From positions 1 to 25,844 of the forward strand of contig JBKJLC010000061.1 of NCBI GenBank assembly GCA_046597055.1: a stretch of 25,844 nucleotides of DNA, read 5' to 3'. Below are positions 9,334 to 20,879 of the stretch, one piece after another; position 1 is the first letter of the stretch; every line of letters starts with the position of its first letter. Position numbers and translations under genes: made by a program. The DNA comes from Kofleriaceae bacterium (GTDB lineage Bacteria; Myxococcota_A; Polyangia; Haliangiales; Haliangiaceae). A model generated the notes under the pieces. That model worked only from the letters and a program-made list of their open reading frames with translations, was not told where the DNA came from and did not search any database.

Positions 9334-10467
9334 ATGCCTGCCGCGGTCGCAACGCTCCTCGCCGATCTCATCGCCTACCGCACGCACCACGCCGCCAATC
9401 CGGCCGACGCGGGCGACGAGCTCGCGCTGTGCCGCTACCTCGCGCCGCTCCTGCTCGCCCGCGGCGCCGACGAGGTCACCGTGGTCGAGACCGGACGCCG
9501 CGCCGGCGGCCCCGGCGGCTACGTCGTCGCCCGCTGGGGCCAGCCGCGCCTGCTGGTCAACTCGCACCTCGACACCGTCCCGGCCAACACCGGCTGGTCG
9601 CGCGACCCGTGGACGCCCGCGATCGTCGACGGCCGCGTGTACGGCCTGGGCTCCGCCGACACCAAGGGCGCCATCGCCGCGATCCTCACCGCGCTCGAGC
9701 GGGTGACCCCGCGCGACGTCGCGGTGGTGTTCTCCGGCGACGAGGAGCGCGGCACTGCCGCCATCCACCACTTCCTCGACTCGGCGTCGCCGGCCCGCGT
9801 CAGCCTCGAGCGCGCGATCGTGTGCGAGCCGACCACCCGGCGCGCGGGCATCCGCCACCGCGGCGTGCTGTCGTACCGCGCGCACGTCACCGGCCGCGGC
9901 GGCCACTCGTCGAAGGCCGATCACATGCCGGCGCCGATCGTCACCATGGCGCGGCTCGCGCTCGCGCTGCACGCGCTCGGCGTCGAGCACCGGACCGCCG
10001 GGCCCGCCGGCATGACCGGCGTGTGCATGAACGTGGCGGCGCTCGACGGCGGTGTCGCCTTCAACGTGGTCCCCAACACCGCCACCCTGTCGTGGTCGAT
10101 CCGGCCCTGGCCCGGCTTCGATCGCCAGGCGTGGGAGCGCCGCCAGGACGCCGCGGCGGCCGCCGCCTCGGTCGAGCACGCGGGCCCGCCGATCACGATC
10201 GAGCCGATCGTCGTCCACGACCCGTTCGGGTGCGACGACGCCCAGCTGGCGGCCCTGGTCCGCGATCACGCGACCGCGCTGGTCGCGCTCGACTTCTGGA
10301 CCGAGGCCGCGCTGTACCAGGAGGCCGGGCTGGCCGCGATCGTGATCGGGCCCGGCGACATCGCCCAGGCCCACGCCGCCGACGAGTGGGTCGCGATCGA
10401 CGATCTGACCTGGGCGGTCGACCTGTTCGCGAGCGTCTTCGAGGCGAGCCGTGCCGCCGGCGCGTGA
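9334..10467 (+). CDS. argE: M20 family peptidase, acetylornithine deacetylase-like
   Basis: SHLDTVP, GLGSADTKG, GDEE, CEPT, GGHSS and GPGDIAQAHAADEW motifs; adjacent to an arginine-pathway NAGS-like gene. Confidence 0.8.
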   Translation: MPAAVATLLADLIAYRTHHAANPADAGDELALCRYLAPLLLARGADEVTVVETGRRAGGPGGYVVARWGQPRLLVNSHLDTVPANTGWSRDPWTPAIVDGRVYGLGSADTKGAIAAILTALERVTPRDVAVVFSGDEERGTAAIHHFLDSASPARVSLERAIVCEPTTRRAGIRHRGVLSYRAHVTGRGGHSSKADHMPAPIVTMARLALALHALGVEHRTAGPAGMTGVCMNVAALDGGVAFNVVPNTATLSWSIRPWPGFDRQAWERRQDAAAAAASVEHAGPPITIEPIVVHDPFGCDDAQLAALVRDHATALVALDFWTEAALYQEAGLAAIVIGPGDIAQAHAADEWVAIDDLTWAVDLFASVFEASRAAGA

Positions 10468-11608
10468 GCACGACGGCACCGAGGCCGGCGACCTGGTCCT
10501 GCGCTTCCTGTCGAGCATCGGCCGCCCGGCCGAGGCCCAGCAGTACCTCGACCTGTTCCGCGGCGAGCACCCCGAGCGGTTCGCGATCGTGCACGTCGCC
10601 GACGCGGTCGTGCGGCAGGCCGCCGACGCGCTCGCGGTCGAGCTGCGCTACCTGGTCGAGCTGGGCCTGACGCCGGTGGTCGTGTTCGGCGCGGTCGAGC
10701 CGCGCGGCGCGGCCCGCGCCGCCGACCGCATGTTCGACGCGCTCGGGCCGGTGCCGGCGCTGCGGGTCCCCGCCTCGGCCGACGCGATCGCGCCGGTGGT
10801 CCGCGCCGACGTGCTGCCGCTGGTGACCCTCGACCGCGAGGAGGGCGGCCCTGACGGCCGGTTCGACGTGCTGGCCGAGCTCGCCGGCGCGCTCGGCACC
10901 CGCAAGCTGGTGATGGTGACCCGACGCAGCGGGTTCCAGCCAGCCGGCGGCCGGGTGGTCTCGATGATCGACCTCACCGCCGAGCCACACTGGCTGGCGC
11001 CGGGTGGCTTGCCGGCCGATCCCCAGAAGCTGCTGCGCCAGATCGGGCGCGTGCTCGACCGGGTACCGCACCGCATGACGGTCAGCGTCACCTCGCCGCT
11101 CGACCTGCTGCGCGAGCTGTTCACGGTGAAGGGCGCCGGCACCCTGGTCCGCCGCGGCTCGCAGATCGTCCGCCACCGGTCGTGGGATCAGGTCGACCGC
11201 GATCGCCTGGTCGCGCTGGTCGAGGAGTCGTTCGGCCGCCCGCTGGTGCCCGGGTTCGACAGCCGCCCGGTGCTCGCGGTCTACGTCGCCGACGAGTACC
11301 GCGGCGCCTCGGTGGTGACGCCGGCGCCGCTCGCGCCGTACCTGTCGAAGTTCGCGGTCGGCACCGTGTCGCGCGGCGAGGGCGTCGGCAGCGATCTGTG
11401 GCGCGCCATGACCGCCGACTTCCCGCGGCTGTTCTGGCGCAGCCGCGCCGGCAACTCGATCACGTCGTGGTACCGCGAGAACTGCGACGGCATGGCGCGC
11501 ATCCAGCTCGATGGTGACGACTGGTGGGTGCTGTGGCGCGGGCTGGCGCCGCTCGAGATCGCGCCAGCGATCGACTACTGCCGCGCGACGCCCGCCGACT
11601 TTGCCTGA
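10451..11608 (+). CDS. AAK-like plus NAT (DUF619) domain protein; probable N-acetylglutamate synthase of the NAGS/K type
   Basis: N-terminal LSSIG...E.QQYL..F, linker LLRELFT.KGAGTLVRRG, NAT motifs PYLSKFAV...RGEGVG..LW and LFWRSR..N....WY. GAGG precedes the GTG, which overlaps the argE end by 17 nt. Confidence 0.75.
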   Translation: MPPAREHDGTEAGDLVLRFLSSIGRPAEAQQYLDLFRGEHPERFAIVHVADAVVRQAADALAVELRYLVELGLTPVVVFGAVEPRGAARAADRMFDALGPVPALRVPASADAIAPVVRADVLPLVTLDREEGGPDGRFDVLAELAGALGTRKLVMVTRRSGFQPAGGRVVSMIDLTAEPHWLAPGGLPADPQKLLRQIGRVLDRVPHRMTVSVTSPLDLLRELFTVKGAGTLVRRGSQIVRHRSWDQVDRDRLVALVEESFGRPLVPGFDSRPVLAVYVADEYRGASVVTPAPLAPYLSKFAVGTVSRGEGVGSDLWRAMTADFPRLFWRSRAGNSITSWYRENCDGMARIQLDGDDWWVLWRGLAPLEIAPAIDYCRATPADFA

Positions 11609-11685
11609 GCGACGCGCGGCGGGCCCGATGCGAGCCTCTCGCCGCGCGGGCGCCGGGCCCGGCTTGCCCGATCTCGACGCCACCG

Positions 11686-11719
11686 AAAATGCCAAACGGC
11701 GCTCACGAGGAGCGCCGTT
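11686..11719 (-). terminator. Intrinsic terminator-like hairpin between convergent genes
   Basis: 10-bp perfect stem AACGGCGCTC / GAGCGCCGTT with 5-nt loop, followed on the minus strand by TGGCATTTT. Confidence 0.6.
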
Positions 11720-11763
11720 CGAATCCATCCGCGCGGTCAGCCGCGCGTCTCATCACGCGCCGG

Positions 11764-12678
11764 TCAGCGCGGGATGCGAGCCGGACCGCAGGTGCCCGCG
11801 GCCTTCGAGGCCATCGTGCGGTCGTAGAGATCCTTCAGGACCACGTACGCGGCATCGTTGAGCTGGGTGTTGAACGACGGGTGCTCCTGGTGCGGCACCT
11901 GACGGAGACCGACACGGGTGAAGTTCGCGTAGTTCGGGACAATCTTGGCGTTGGCCGGGTCGGCCAGGTCCACCGCGAAGTACGCCATCATGAAGTACTT
12001 GTTGGTGCTGAGCGTCTCGTACATGCCCAGGTTGTCGTCGCTGGCCTTGAAGCCGTAGGCGCCCGAGACGTGGCACTGCTCGCAGTTGCCCTGGTTGGAG
12101 CCCTTGTTGGCCCACTTCTCCCCGAAGCCGAGCTCGGTGAAGTCGGTCGCCTTGAGGCAGCCCGACCACTCGCTGATGAGGCGCCCCGTGGCCTGGGCCG
12201 GCGACTCGGCGCCGGGGGTCGGGGGCGGCATGTTCGGGTCGGTCGGCGCGGTCGCCGCGCGAACCTCTTCGGCCATCCAGGCGGTGATCTTGGTCTTCTC
12301 GTCCGCGGTGTAGGTGCGGCCGTTGTGCGGCCCCGGGTCGACCAAGGTCAGGATGGGCGCGTTGGCCGTGGTGAAGTTGCCGACCACGGAGGTGTATCCG
12401 ACCGTGGTGACGTAGGCGGTGTCGACGGTGGTCGCGACGAATGCGGTCGAGACCGCGCCGCTGATGCCGTGGCAGGGGGCGCCGCACTTGGCGCTGAGGA
12501 TGGGGAAGACGTCGCGATCGAACATCGCCTTCGCCTGTCCATTGCCTCCACCCGGGCCCGTGCCGCCCGCATCGGGTCCCGCGACGTCATCATCACCGTC
12601 GTCATCAGCCGCGGGCTCGAGCGAGCCGACACAGCCACCCGCGAACAGGAGCGCCGCGAGAAGGGTACGGTAGGACAT
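11764..12678 (-). CDS. Lipoprotein with two c-type heme-like motifs (CxxxCH and CxxCH)
   Basis: Lipobox LFAGGC; F.RDVFPIL..KCGAPCHG at 12469-12486 (motif core); CEQCH at 12070-12084; GGAGA RBS. Confidence 0.75.
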   Translation of the reverse strand: MSYRTLLAALLFAGGCVGSLEPAADDDGDDDVAGPDAGGTGPGGGNGQAKAMFDRDVFPILSAKCGAPCHGISGAVSTAFVATTVDTAYVTTVGYTSVVGNFTTANAPILTLVDPGPHNGRTYTADEKTKITAWMAEEVRAATAPTDPNMPPPTPGAESPAQATGRLISEWSGCLKATDFTELGFGEKWANKGSNQGNCEQCHVSGAYGFKASDDNLGMYETLSTNKYFMMAYFAVDLADPANAKIVPNYANFTRVGLRQVPHQEHPSFNTQLNDAAYVVLKDLYDRTMASKAAGTCGPARIPR

Positions 12679-12722
12679 GTTGATTCTCCGTGGCCTGAGT
12701 TGGAAGGGGGTGCGTCGGGGAG

Positions 12723-14666
12723 TTAGTTGCGGCGGCGGCGGCGAGCGGTGACGGCGAGGCCGAGACCGAGCAGGAGGAGGGCGCCACCCGAGGACGAGGA
12801 CCCAGTCGAGCAGCCACCGGTCGACGAACCGAACTCGGGGTCAGACGGCTCGAGCGGGGCCGGCTCCTCGGGGGCGGGCGCGTCGGGCGTGGTGTCGCCG
12901 GGGAGGTTGTCGTTGTAGCCACCCTGCGGGTCGGGCGCGTTGGCGGTGAACGCCATCGGGAACAGGCTCAGGTACGCGGAGGGCTTGATGGCCGAGCTCT
13001 CGTGCTGGGGCGCCTTGCCGGTGAGCGCGAAGGCGGTGAAGTAGGTCACCTGGTTGCCGTTGATGCCGGCGAAGGGGTTCTTGACCAGGTCGGAGCCCGC
13101 GAAGTTACGACCCTGGTTACCGGGGTTGTTGCCGAGGTAGTTCGAGTAGAGGTGGCGGTCGTACGACGCGTTCGCGTTGTGCTGGCCGATGCTGACCATG
13201 CTCTTGGTCGCCGGGTCATACGCGATGGTGCGGATGTCGGCGTCCTGCTGGAGGCCACCGGTCTGGCTGCCCTGGAGCTGGGTGAAGCCGGGCATGAGCA
13301 GGTCGCCCTTGCCGAACAGGCCCTCGGTCATGCTGAGGTGAGTACCGTCGAGGCCGAGCAGCATGGGGCTGGTGCCCAGGTTGATGGAGGTCATCGGCAT
13401 CGAGTAGGTGAAGCCGGTGCGGGTCGCCTTGATGACGGCGAAGTTCATGATGTCGCTGCGGCCACCCTTCTTGTCGTTGTTGTTACCGCCGCGGTTGCCG
13501 GTGTCCTGGAAGATGATGTCTTCGCCGGCGACCAGGGTGCCGTCAGCAGCCTTGGTCATGATGCGAGCGTGCTGGGCGCGCATCGCGTAGTACTCGCGCT
13601 CCTCGCCATTGACCGTCAGCTTCTGGCGGTGGTTGAGGCGCTCCTTCCAGAGCAGGCGGCCATCCGCGTTCTCGCCGTTGCCGCCGCCGGCCAGGTCGAC
13701 CGCCGCGATCCAGGTGCCCTCACGCTGGGGCTGGGAGTTGCCCTCGGTCCAGGTGCAGACGGCGAACGACTTGTCGGCCCCGCCGACGGTGCAGCGACCG
13801 CGCGACCGCTCCTCGCGCTGGGCGAGCGACAGGTCGAACAGGCGGGTGATCTTGCAGCTGGTGGCGGCGCCATCGGCGCCGTTGGTGCAGTTCACCTCGG
13901 TGGCGCGGGCCCAGCCGTCGTCCCGGCCGTTGCCGTTGCCGCCGTCCCACGTGATGTAGCGGGTGACGCCGTTGGCGTCGACGTACGGAGTGCCGGCCTG
14001 GCCCGCGCCCGACTGGTGCATCGAAAGGTCGTCGTTGTTCTTCGCCATGACCAAGACCTGCTTCTGGGTCTGGCCTTGCGCGTTCTGGACCTGGACGATC
14101 TTGCCGTCCCAGTCGACGATCTTCATGTACCGCTTGGTGTCGTTCTGACCCGCCGGCTGGTAGTTGAACTCGATGGCGACGTTCTTGCCGCCATTGATGA
14201 CGAACACCTCGGGCTTGTTGCAGTTACGGTATTCATTACCGTCGTTGTCGGTGAGCCAGGTGTCGGCGGACGCGGCGGTCGGCCGGCGAACGTTCACGGC
14301 GCCGTCGGGATCCTGGAAGGTCTCGAGCGCGGTGAGCGCGCACTGCATCTGGTGAACGGGCGAGGACTCCTGCGGCGTGCCCTCGTTGATCGGGCTGGTG
14401 CGCATGTGGACGTAGATCGCCCGCTTGCCGTCCGGGCTGAACTTGACCGCGGCCTGCTCGTTCGTGAACTCCTCGTCGGTCTTGCGCAGGCGCTTGATGC
14501 CGTCCTCGCCGGTGCGGGTCGGCGCCTGGTCCTTCGTGGCCGACGCGAGGCCGATTTCGAAGGCGCGGGCCGCGCCGAGCTCGCGAGCTTCCTGGGCGGC
14601 GGCGAGGCTGGGCAGGAGGATCCCGGCCAGGGCTCCGGCGAGAATAGAGGTCTTGATCTTCGTCAT
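12723..14666 (-). CDS. Secreted MYXO-CTERM surface protein of unknown function
   Basis: Signal peptide ending LAAA; Pro/acidic linker; GGCSTG, Ser-rich spacer, LLLLGLGLAV, RRRRR tail. Confidence 0.8.
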   Translation of the reverse strand: MTKIKTSILAGALAGILLPSLAAAQEARELGAARAFEIGLASATKDQAPTRTGEDGIKRLRKTDEEFTNEQAAVKFSPDGKRAIYVHMRTSPINEGTPQESSPVHQMQCALTALETFQDPDGAVNVRRPTAASADTWLTDNDGNEYRNCNKPEVFVINGGKNVAIEFNYQPAGQNDTKRYMKIVDWDGKIVQVQNAQGQTQKQVLVMAKNNDDLSMHQSGAGQAGTPYVDANGVTRYITWDGGNGNGRDDGWARATEVNCTNGADGAATSCKITRLFDLSLAQREERSRGRCTVGGADKSFAVCTWTEGNSQPQREGTWIAAVDLAGGGNGENADGRLLWKERLNHRQKLTVNGEEREYYAMRAQHARIMTKAADGTLVAGEDIIFQDTGNRGGNNNDKKGGRSDIMNFAVIKATRTGFTYSMPMTSINLGTSPMLLGLDGTHLSMTEGLFGKGDLLMPGFTQLQGSQTGGLQQDADIRTIAYDPATKSMVSIGQHNANASYDRHLYSNYLGNNPGNQGRNFAGSDLVKNPFAGINGNQVTYFTAFALTGKAPQHESSAIKPSAYLSLFPMAFTANAPDPQGGYNDNLPGDTTPDAPAPEEPAPLEPSDPEFGSSTGGCSTGSSSSGGALLLLGLGLAVTARRRRRN

Positions 14667-14711
14667 GGTGGGGGGGCCCTCTGAGTGGGGGGTTGTTACT
14701 TGCGTGTCATT

Positions 14712-14727
14712 TGCAGACGTCGTGCCG
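14712..14727 (-). promoter_or_regulatory. sigma54 (-24/-12) promoter
   Basis: Minus strand CGGCACG-ACGT-CTGCA, exact spacing, 45 nt upstream of the ATG at 14666. Confidence 0.65.
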
Positions 14728-14822
14728 CCACCAATTCCACCTCAACCCACTGAAACCATTCCGTAGCGAGCCAAAGTTAGTGGGGGGGGACCACCCATCA
14801 CCCGAGACCCATCCCCCGGGGT

Positions 14823-15905
14823 TCAGAGCTCGTCGGGATCCGCAACCGGCACGTCGGCCTGGGCGACCGGACGCGACCGCAAGATGATGCTCTGCGCCTT
14901 CACCTTGTTGTCGCCGAGCTCGATGTTGCCCTTGGCCTGCGCCGAGGCCTGGAAGTACATGCCCTCGAGCTCGGCGCGGGTGAGCTTCTCTTCCCACTTC
15001 TCGCCGCGCACCACCCAGCCCTCGACCACGACCTCGACATTCACGCCCTGCGACTTCAGATAGTCGAACAGCTTCCACTGCGGCTCGCCGTCGGCGGCCT
15101 TGCGGGTCTCCGGCGGGAGGTCCTGACGCTTGATGTAGGCGGCCATCCGATCGTCGAGATAGACGCGCACGCCGCCCCGCAGAGGCGTCCCGAAGTACGG
15201 CACGCCCTCCTGCACCTCGTTATCGACGACGAACCCGACATTGCGGACCAGCTTCGGCGGTGTCTTCTCCACGTAGATCATGACGGCCGATACCTTGTCG
15301 GGTGACCGACCGTTGCCGAACCCCTCGGGGACGACCGGGAGCGCCTTCCCCGACACCATCCCGCCGAAGCGGAACAGGAAGCCCTCTGCCCGCTTGGAGC
15401 GCAGGTCCTTGCCGGTCGCGACGATCGAGTCGCTGTACTTTGGCCCGTAGACATGGACCTCCTTGATCGCCTTCAGGTCGAGCCCGATCGCCTCGAGATA
15501 CTCGGTGAAACGGTAGCGACGCTCCTTCGCCCAGCGCCAGCCAGTGTCGGTGGTGCCGTAGCGCTTGGGCGCAGACGCCTTGACCTTCAACCAGATCGGC
15601 TTGAGCGCGACCGGGAGCTCGGCGAACGAGAGCAGGCCGACGAACTTGCCGTCGACGTACACCCCGGTGTCGCGCCAGCGGTCGGCGCCGGACTTGAACT
15701 CGGCGGGGATGTAGGCTTCTTTGTCCTCGTCGACCGCCGGCGCAGGTGTGGGTGCGGGTGCCGCCGGAGCACCCACCGGCGCGACGGCGGCTTGCTGCTT
15801 GGTGGCGTCGGATTCACGCTGGCCGCACCCGACGGGAGCGAGCGCGAGGCTGAGCGTGAGAAGCGAGCGCAGGGGCCGGTGGGACCGGGTCAGGACATGG
15901 GGCAT
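14823..15905 (-). CDS. Lipoprotein with an internally duplicated domain
   Basis: GGAGGTG RBS before ATG at 15905; lipobox APVGC; Pro/Ala linker; repeats GVYVDGK...ELP / GVRVYLDDR...DLP and YRFTEYLEAIGLD / WKLFDYLKSQGVN. Confidence 0.75.
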   Translation of the reverse strand: MPHVLTRSHRPLRSLLTLSLALAPVGCGQRESDATKQQAAVAPVGAPAAPAPTPAPAVDEDKEAYIPAEFKSGADRWRDTGVYVDGKFVGLLSFAELPVALKPIWLKVKASAPKRYGTTDTGWRWAKERRYRFTEYLEAIGLDLKAIKEVHVYGPKYSDSIVATGKDLRSKRAEGFLFRFGGMVSGKALPVVPEGFGNGRSPDKVSAVMIYVEKTPPKLVRNVGFVVDNEVQEGVPYFGTPLRGGVRVYLDDRMAAYIKRQDLPPETRKAADGEPQWKLFDYLKSQGVNVEVVVEGWVVRGEKWEEKLTRAELEGMYFQASAQAKGNIELGDNKVKAQSIILRSRPVAQADVPVADPDEL

Positions 15906-16064
15906 GGCATCACCTCCTGCAGATCCTATGCACAGGCGTACCGTCGGGTACACCGCGCCTTCTGGTGGCCCTGGAACCCGACATCGGGTAGTCGCCACCC
16001 CAGCAACCGGGGTTCACGCTCCCCGATCCAGGCCGGATAGACTGGATTCGCGCGGGGTTGGCTG

Positions 16065-16080
16065 TGGCATGTCCGTTGCT
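16065..16080 (+). promoter_or_regulatory. sigma54 (-24/-12) promoter
   Basis: TGGCATG-TCCG-TTGCT, near-consensus, 33 nt upstream of the ATG at 16114. Confidence 0.75.
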
Positions 16081-16113
16081 GCTCTGGGTTCTGCCTAACC
16101 GGGGAGATTCCAC

Positions 16114-16656
16114 ATGCGCTCGCCTTCCATGCTCTCGTGCCTTGGCCTTGGCCTCGGCTGCTCGCTGCTCGCTCTGACCACCGCGTGCGACCCAGGATCC
16201 GTCGACCAGGGCTCTCCCGGCGCCGTCGCGGACGAGCTGGTCTGCTCGGCCGCGCTCTCGATCACCGGCACGTTTGCGGTCGGAACGCCCAAGCCGGTCG
16301 GGATCAACGGCTGCTGGCCGATCGGCACCTGGACGTTCCGGGTCGCGGTCGGTGCCACCGACTGCCCGACCGCGCCGGTGCCGCTGTCCGAGTACCAGAT
16401 CCGGGTCGACCGCGACGTCGCCAGCGAGGATCCCGACTTCGCCTGGCTCTATTCGTATCTCACCGACCCGGCCGACACCCGCGCCCACATCGGCGTGACC
16501 TCGGGTGGCGGCGGGCTGTGCGAGGCCGAGGTCCTGGTGTTCTCCGCCGACGGCAAGACCGTCTGGAACATGCACCCGGCGCTGCAGGCCGACAACTCGC
16601 TCAACGGCAACGGCGACTACGAGATCCACACTGCCAACCAGGTGCCCGAGCTGTGA
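16114..16656 (+). CDS. Hypothetical lipoprotein, Cys-containing and beta-rich
   Basis: GGGGAG RBS; lipobox LTTAC; four further Cys; GC3-biased codons. Confidence 0.75.
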   Translation: MRSPSMLSCLGLGLGCSLLALTTACDPGSVDQGSPGAVADELVCSAALSITGTFAVGTPKPVGINGCWPIGTWTFRVAVGATDCPTAPVPLSEYQIRVDRDVASEDPDFAWLYSYLTDPADTRAHIGVTSGGGGLCEAEVLVFSADGKTVWNMHPALQADNSLNGNGDYEIHTANQVPEL

Positions 16657-17225
16657 AGTGGCTGGCGGTCGCGCTGGTGCTCCTCGGCGCAGCCCTCATG
16701 GCGCTGCTGTACGAGGTCCGCTCGCCCGGGCCGACCGCCGCCTCGGCCAGCGCCGCCATCGACGCTCGCCCCGTCACGCTCGCGCCGACCGGGTCGCGGG
16801 CCATCGCCGCGCCGGTCGCCGCCACCGAGGAGGCGCCGTCGCCGCCGCCGCCCGAGGAGGACGAGTCGGGCGAGCCGCCGATCGCCAAGCTCAGCGAGGA
16901 GTTCTGGAGCCGCATCGACGAGGTCTACTCGCGGCGGCTGGTCGGCCAGGCCGCTGATTGCTACCAGGGCGGCAAGGACCGCAAGCAGAAGCTCAAGCTC
17001 GCCTTCCGGTTCGAGATCGCCGGCGGCCAGATCACCGTCAGCGGCGCCCGCATCGTCGACAGCACGCTGAACGACCCCGCGCTCGAGAAGTGCATGCTCG
17101 CCGCGGTGGCGACCGCGCGGTTCTCGGATCCGCGGATGCCCGACTGGTCGAGCCCGGCCGACGAGGAGGAGACCGTCCTCATCCGTATCTCGGGGCTCAA
17201 GCGCTTCGGCGCACCGTCGCCGTGA
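16653..17225 (+). CDS. Membrane-anchored AgmX/PglI C-terminal (TonB-C-like) domain protein
   Basis: GTG overlaps the previous TGA; N-terminal TM, Pro-rich linker, then CY...KLKLAFRF.I..G.I....I..STLND..LE.C......RF. Confidence 0.65.
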   Translation: MKWLAVALVLLGAALMALLYEVRSPGPTAASASAAIDARPVTLAPTGSRAIAAPVAATEEAPSPPPPEEDESGEPPIAKLSEEFWSRIDEVYSRRLVGQAADCYQGGKDRKQKLKLAFRFEIAGGQITVSGARIVDSTLNDPALEKCMLAAVATARFSDPRMPDWSSPADEEETVLIRISGLKRFGAPSP

Positions 17226-17263
17226 CCGCAGCCGCCCGCGCCGCCGTGGTAAGCCTGTCATCC

Positions 17264-19600
<2,337 letters not shown>

Positions 19601-19622
19601 CGATGACCGAGGCGTCGACCGC

Positions 19623-20879
19623 GTGAAGGGATCGTCGCCGCTGCCGGGCGTTCGCAGCTTTCCGGGCGGGCCGCGGCTGCGGGTCGCCTTTCTGGTCGGC
19701 GTCGCGGTCGCGGTGTTCTTCCTCCCGCGGTGGTGGATGGTCACCGCCGCCGCGGTCGCCATGGGCGCGGCCTGGATCGGCCTCGGCCTCGGCGCCCGCC
19801 GGCTCGGTCGCCAGCTGAAGAAGTTGGTGACGATCGGCGCCGTGATCATCGCCGGCTACGCGCTGTTCAGCGAGGATCCCCGGCTCGACGAGTGGTGGGT
19901 GCTCTCGCTCTGGCGCTGGGAGCTCGAGCTCAATGCCCACGGCGCGCTGGTCGGCCTGACCATGGCGCTGCGCATCGTGGTGGTGGTGATGGCATCGCAC
20001 GTGGCGCGCGCCGGAGACGTGCGCGCGCTGGCCGCCGGCTTCCGCGGCATCGGGATGCCGCGGCTCGCGGCCGCCGCGATCGACGTGACCCTCGCCCTGC
20101 TCGAAGGCGGCCGTGGTGGCGGTGGCGGCGGTGGTGGCGGCGGTGGCGGTGGGGGGGGTGGCGGCGGGGGTGGTGGTGGTGGCGGTGGCGGTGGCGGGGC
20201 TCGCAGCCTCAGCGGCTTCCGCGCCGGCCTGGGCCGGATCGCGCGCGGCGACGTGAGCTTCCTGGTCGCCGCGCTGCAGCGTCACCTCGGCCGCGCCGAG
20301 CAGCACCTGCACCAGGCCGACCCCGACCTGTCGCCCAGCCGGGCCCGCGACGCCGCGGCGATCGCGGCCGTCACCCTCACGATGCTCGGGATCAAGGCGG
20401 TGAAGATCCTGCCCGGCATCCCGTTCCTACCCGGGTACAAGGGGGTCCTGCTGCTGCCGCTCTACCTGGTCGCCGCGCGCATCACCCGGTCGCGCGCCGG
20501 GGCGACCCTGACCGGCCTGACCATGGGCACGGTCGCCTTCTTGCTCGGCGATGGCCGCTACGGCGTGTTCGAGATCGCGAAGCACGTCGCGCCCGGCATC
20601 GTCGTCGATCTGCTCTACGGGGTCGTGCGCCGGCTCGCCGGCCACGGGCGGGTCCGGGCGGTCATCGCCTGGTCCACGCTGGGCCTGCTCGCGGCCCTGG
20701 GAAGATTTGCCACGATCACGCTCGTCGCCCTGGCCGTGCAGCCGCCTGCGCTGGTGTATGCGGTGCTGCTGCCGGGGCTCATCGTCCACGGTATCTTCGG
20801 AGTCCTCTCGGGTCTGGTGGCCGCGCCGCTCCTGGCCGCGCTCGACCGACACGAGGGGCCCGAACGGGAGTCTCCATGA
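19623..20879 (+). CDS. Membrane protein: EcfT/CbiQ-like N-half, poly-Gly linker, ECF S-component-like C-half
   Basis: N-half RLRVAFL...GLTMALRIV...ALAAGFRGIGMP..AA resembles EcfT; ARG motif at 20241-20249; C-half of about 5-6 TM segments with GATLTGLTMGTVAFLLG and PGIVVDLL resembles S components. Confidence 0.65.
   Translation: MKGSSPLPGVRSFPGGPRLRVAFLVGVAVAVFFLPRWWMVTAAAVAMGAAWIGLGLGARRLGRQLKKLVTIGAVIIAGYALFSEDPRLDEWWVLSLWRWELELNAHGALVGLTMALRIVVVVMASHVARAGDVRALAAGFRGIGMPRLAAAAIDVTLALLEGGRGGGGGGGGGGGGGGGGGGGGGGGGGGGGARSLSGFRAGLGRIARGDVSFLVAALQRHLGRAEQHLHQADPDLSPSRARDAAAIAAVTLTMLGIKAVKILPGIPFLPGYKGVLLLPLYLVAARITRSRAGATLTGLTMGTVAFLLGDGRYGVFEIAKHVAPGIVVDLLYGVVRRLAGHGRVRAVIAWSTLGLLAALGRFATITLVALAVQPPALVYAVLLPGLIVHGIFGVLSGLVAAPLLAALDRHEGPERESP
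20115..20198 (+). repeat. GGN trinucleotide tract encoding 28 consecutive glycines; includes a G8 run at 20151-20158
   Basis: Read directly from the sequence: 84 nt of GGT/GGC/GGG codons. Confidence 0.95.

Noticed and set aside
14670..14789. G7 and G8 homopolymers around the sigma54 promoter as phase-variation switches
   Set aside because: The runs are short and lie outside the -24/-12 spacer; there is no evidence of variation from a single sequence.
15928..15943. sigma54-like motif CGGTACG-CCT-GTGCA upstream of the gene starting at 15905
   Set aside because: GG-to-GC spacing is one base short, and sigma54 spacing is strict.
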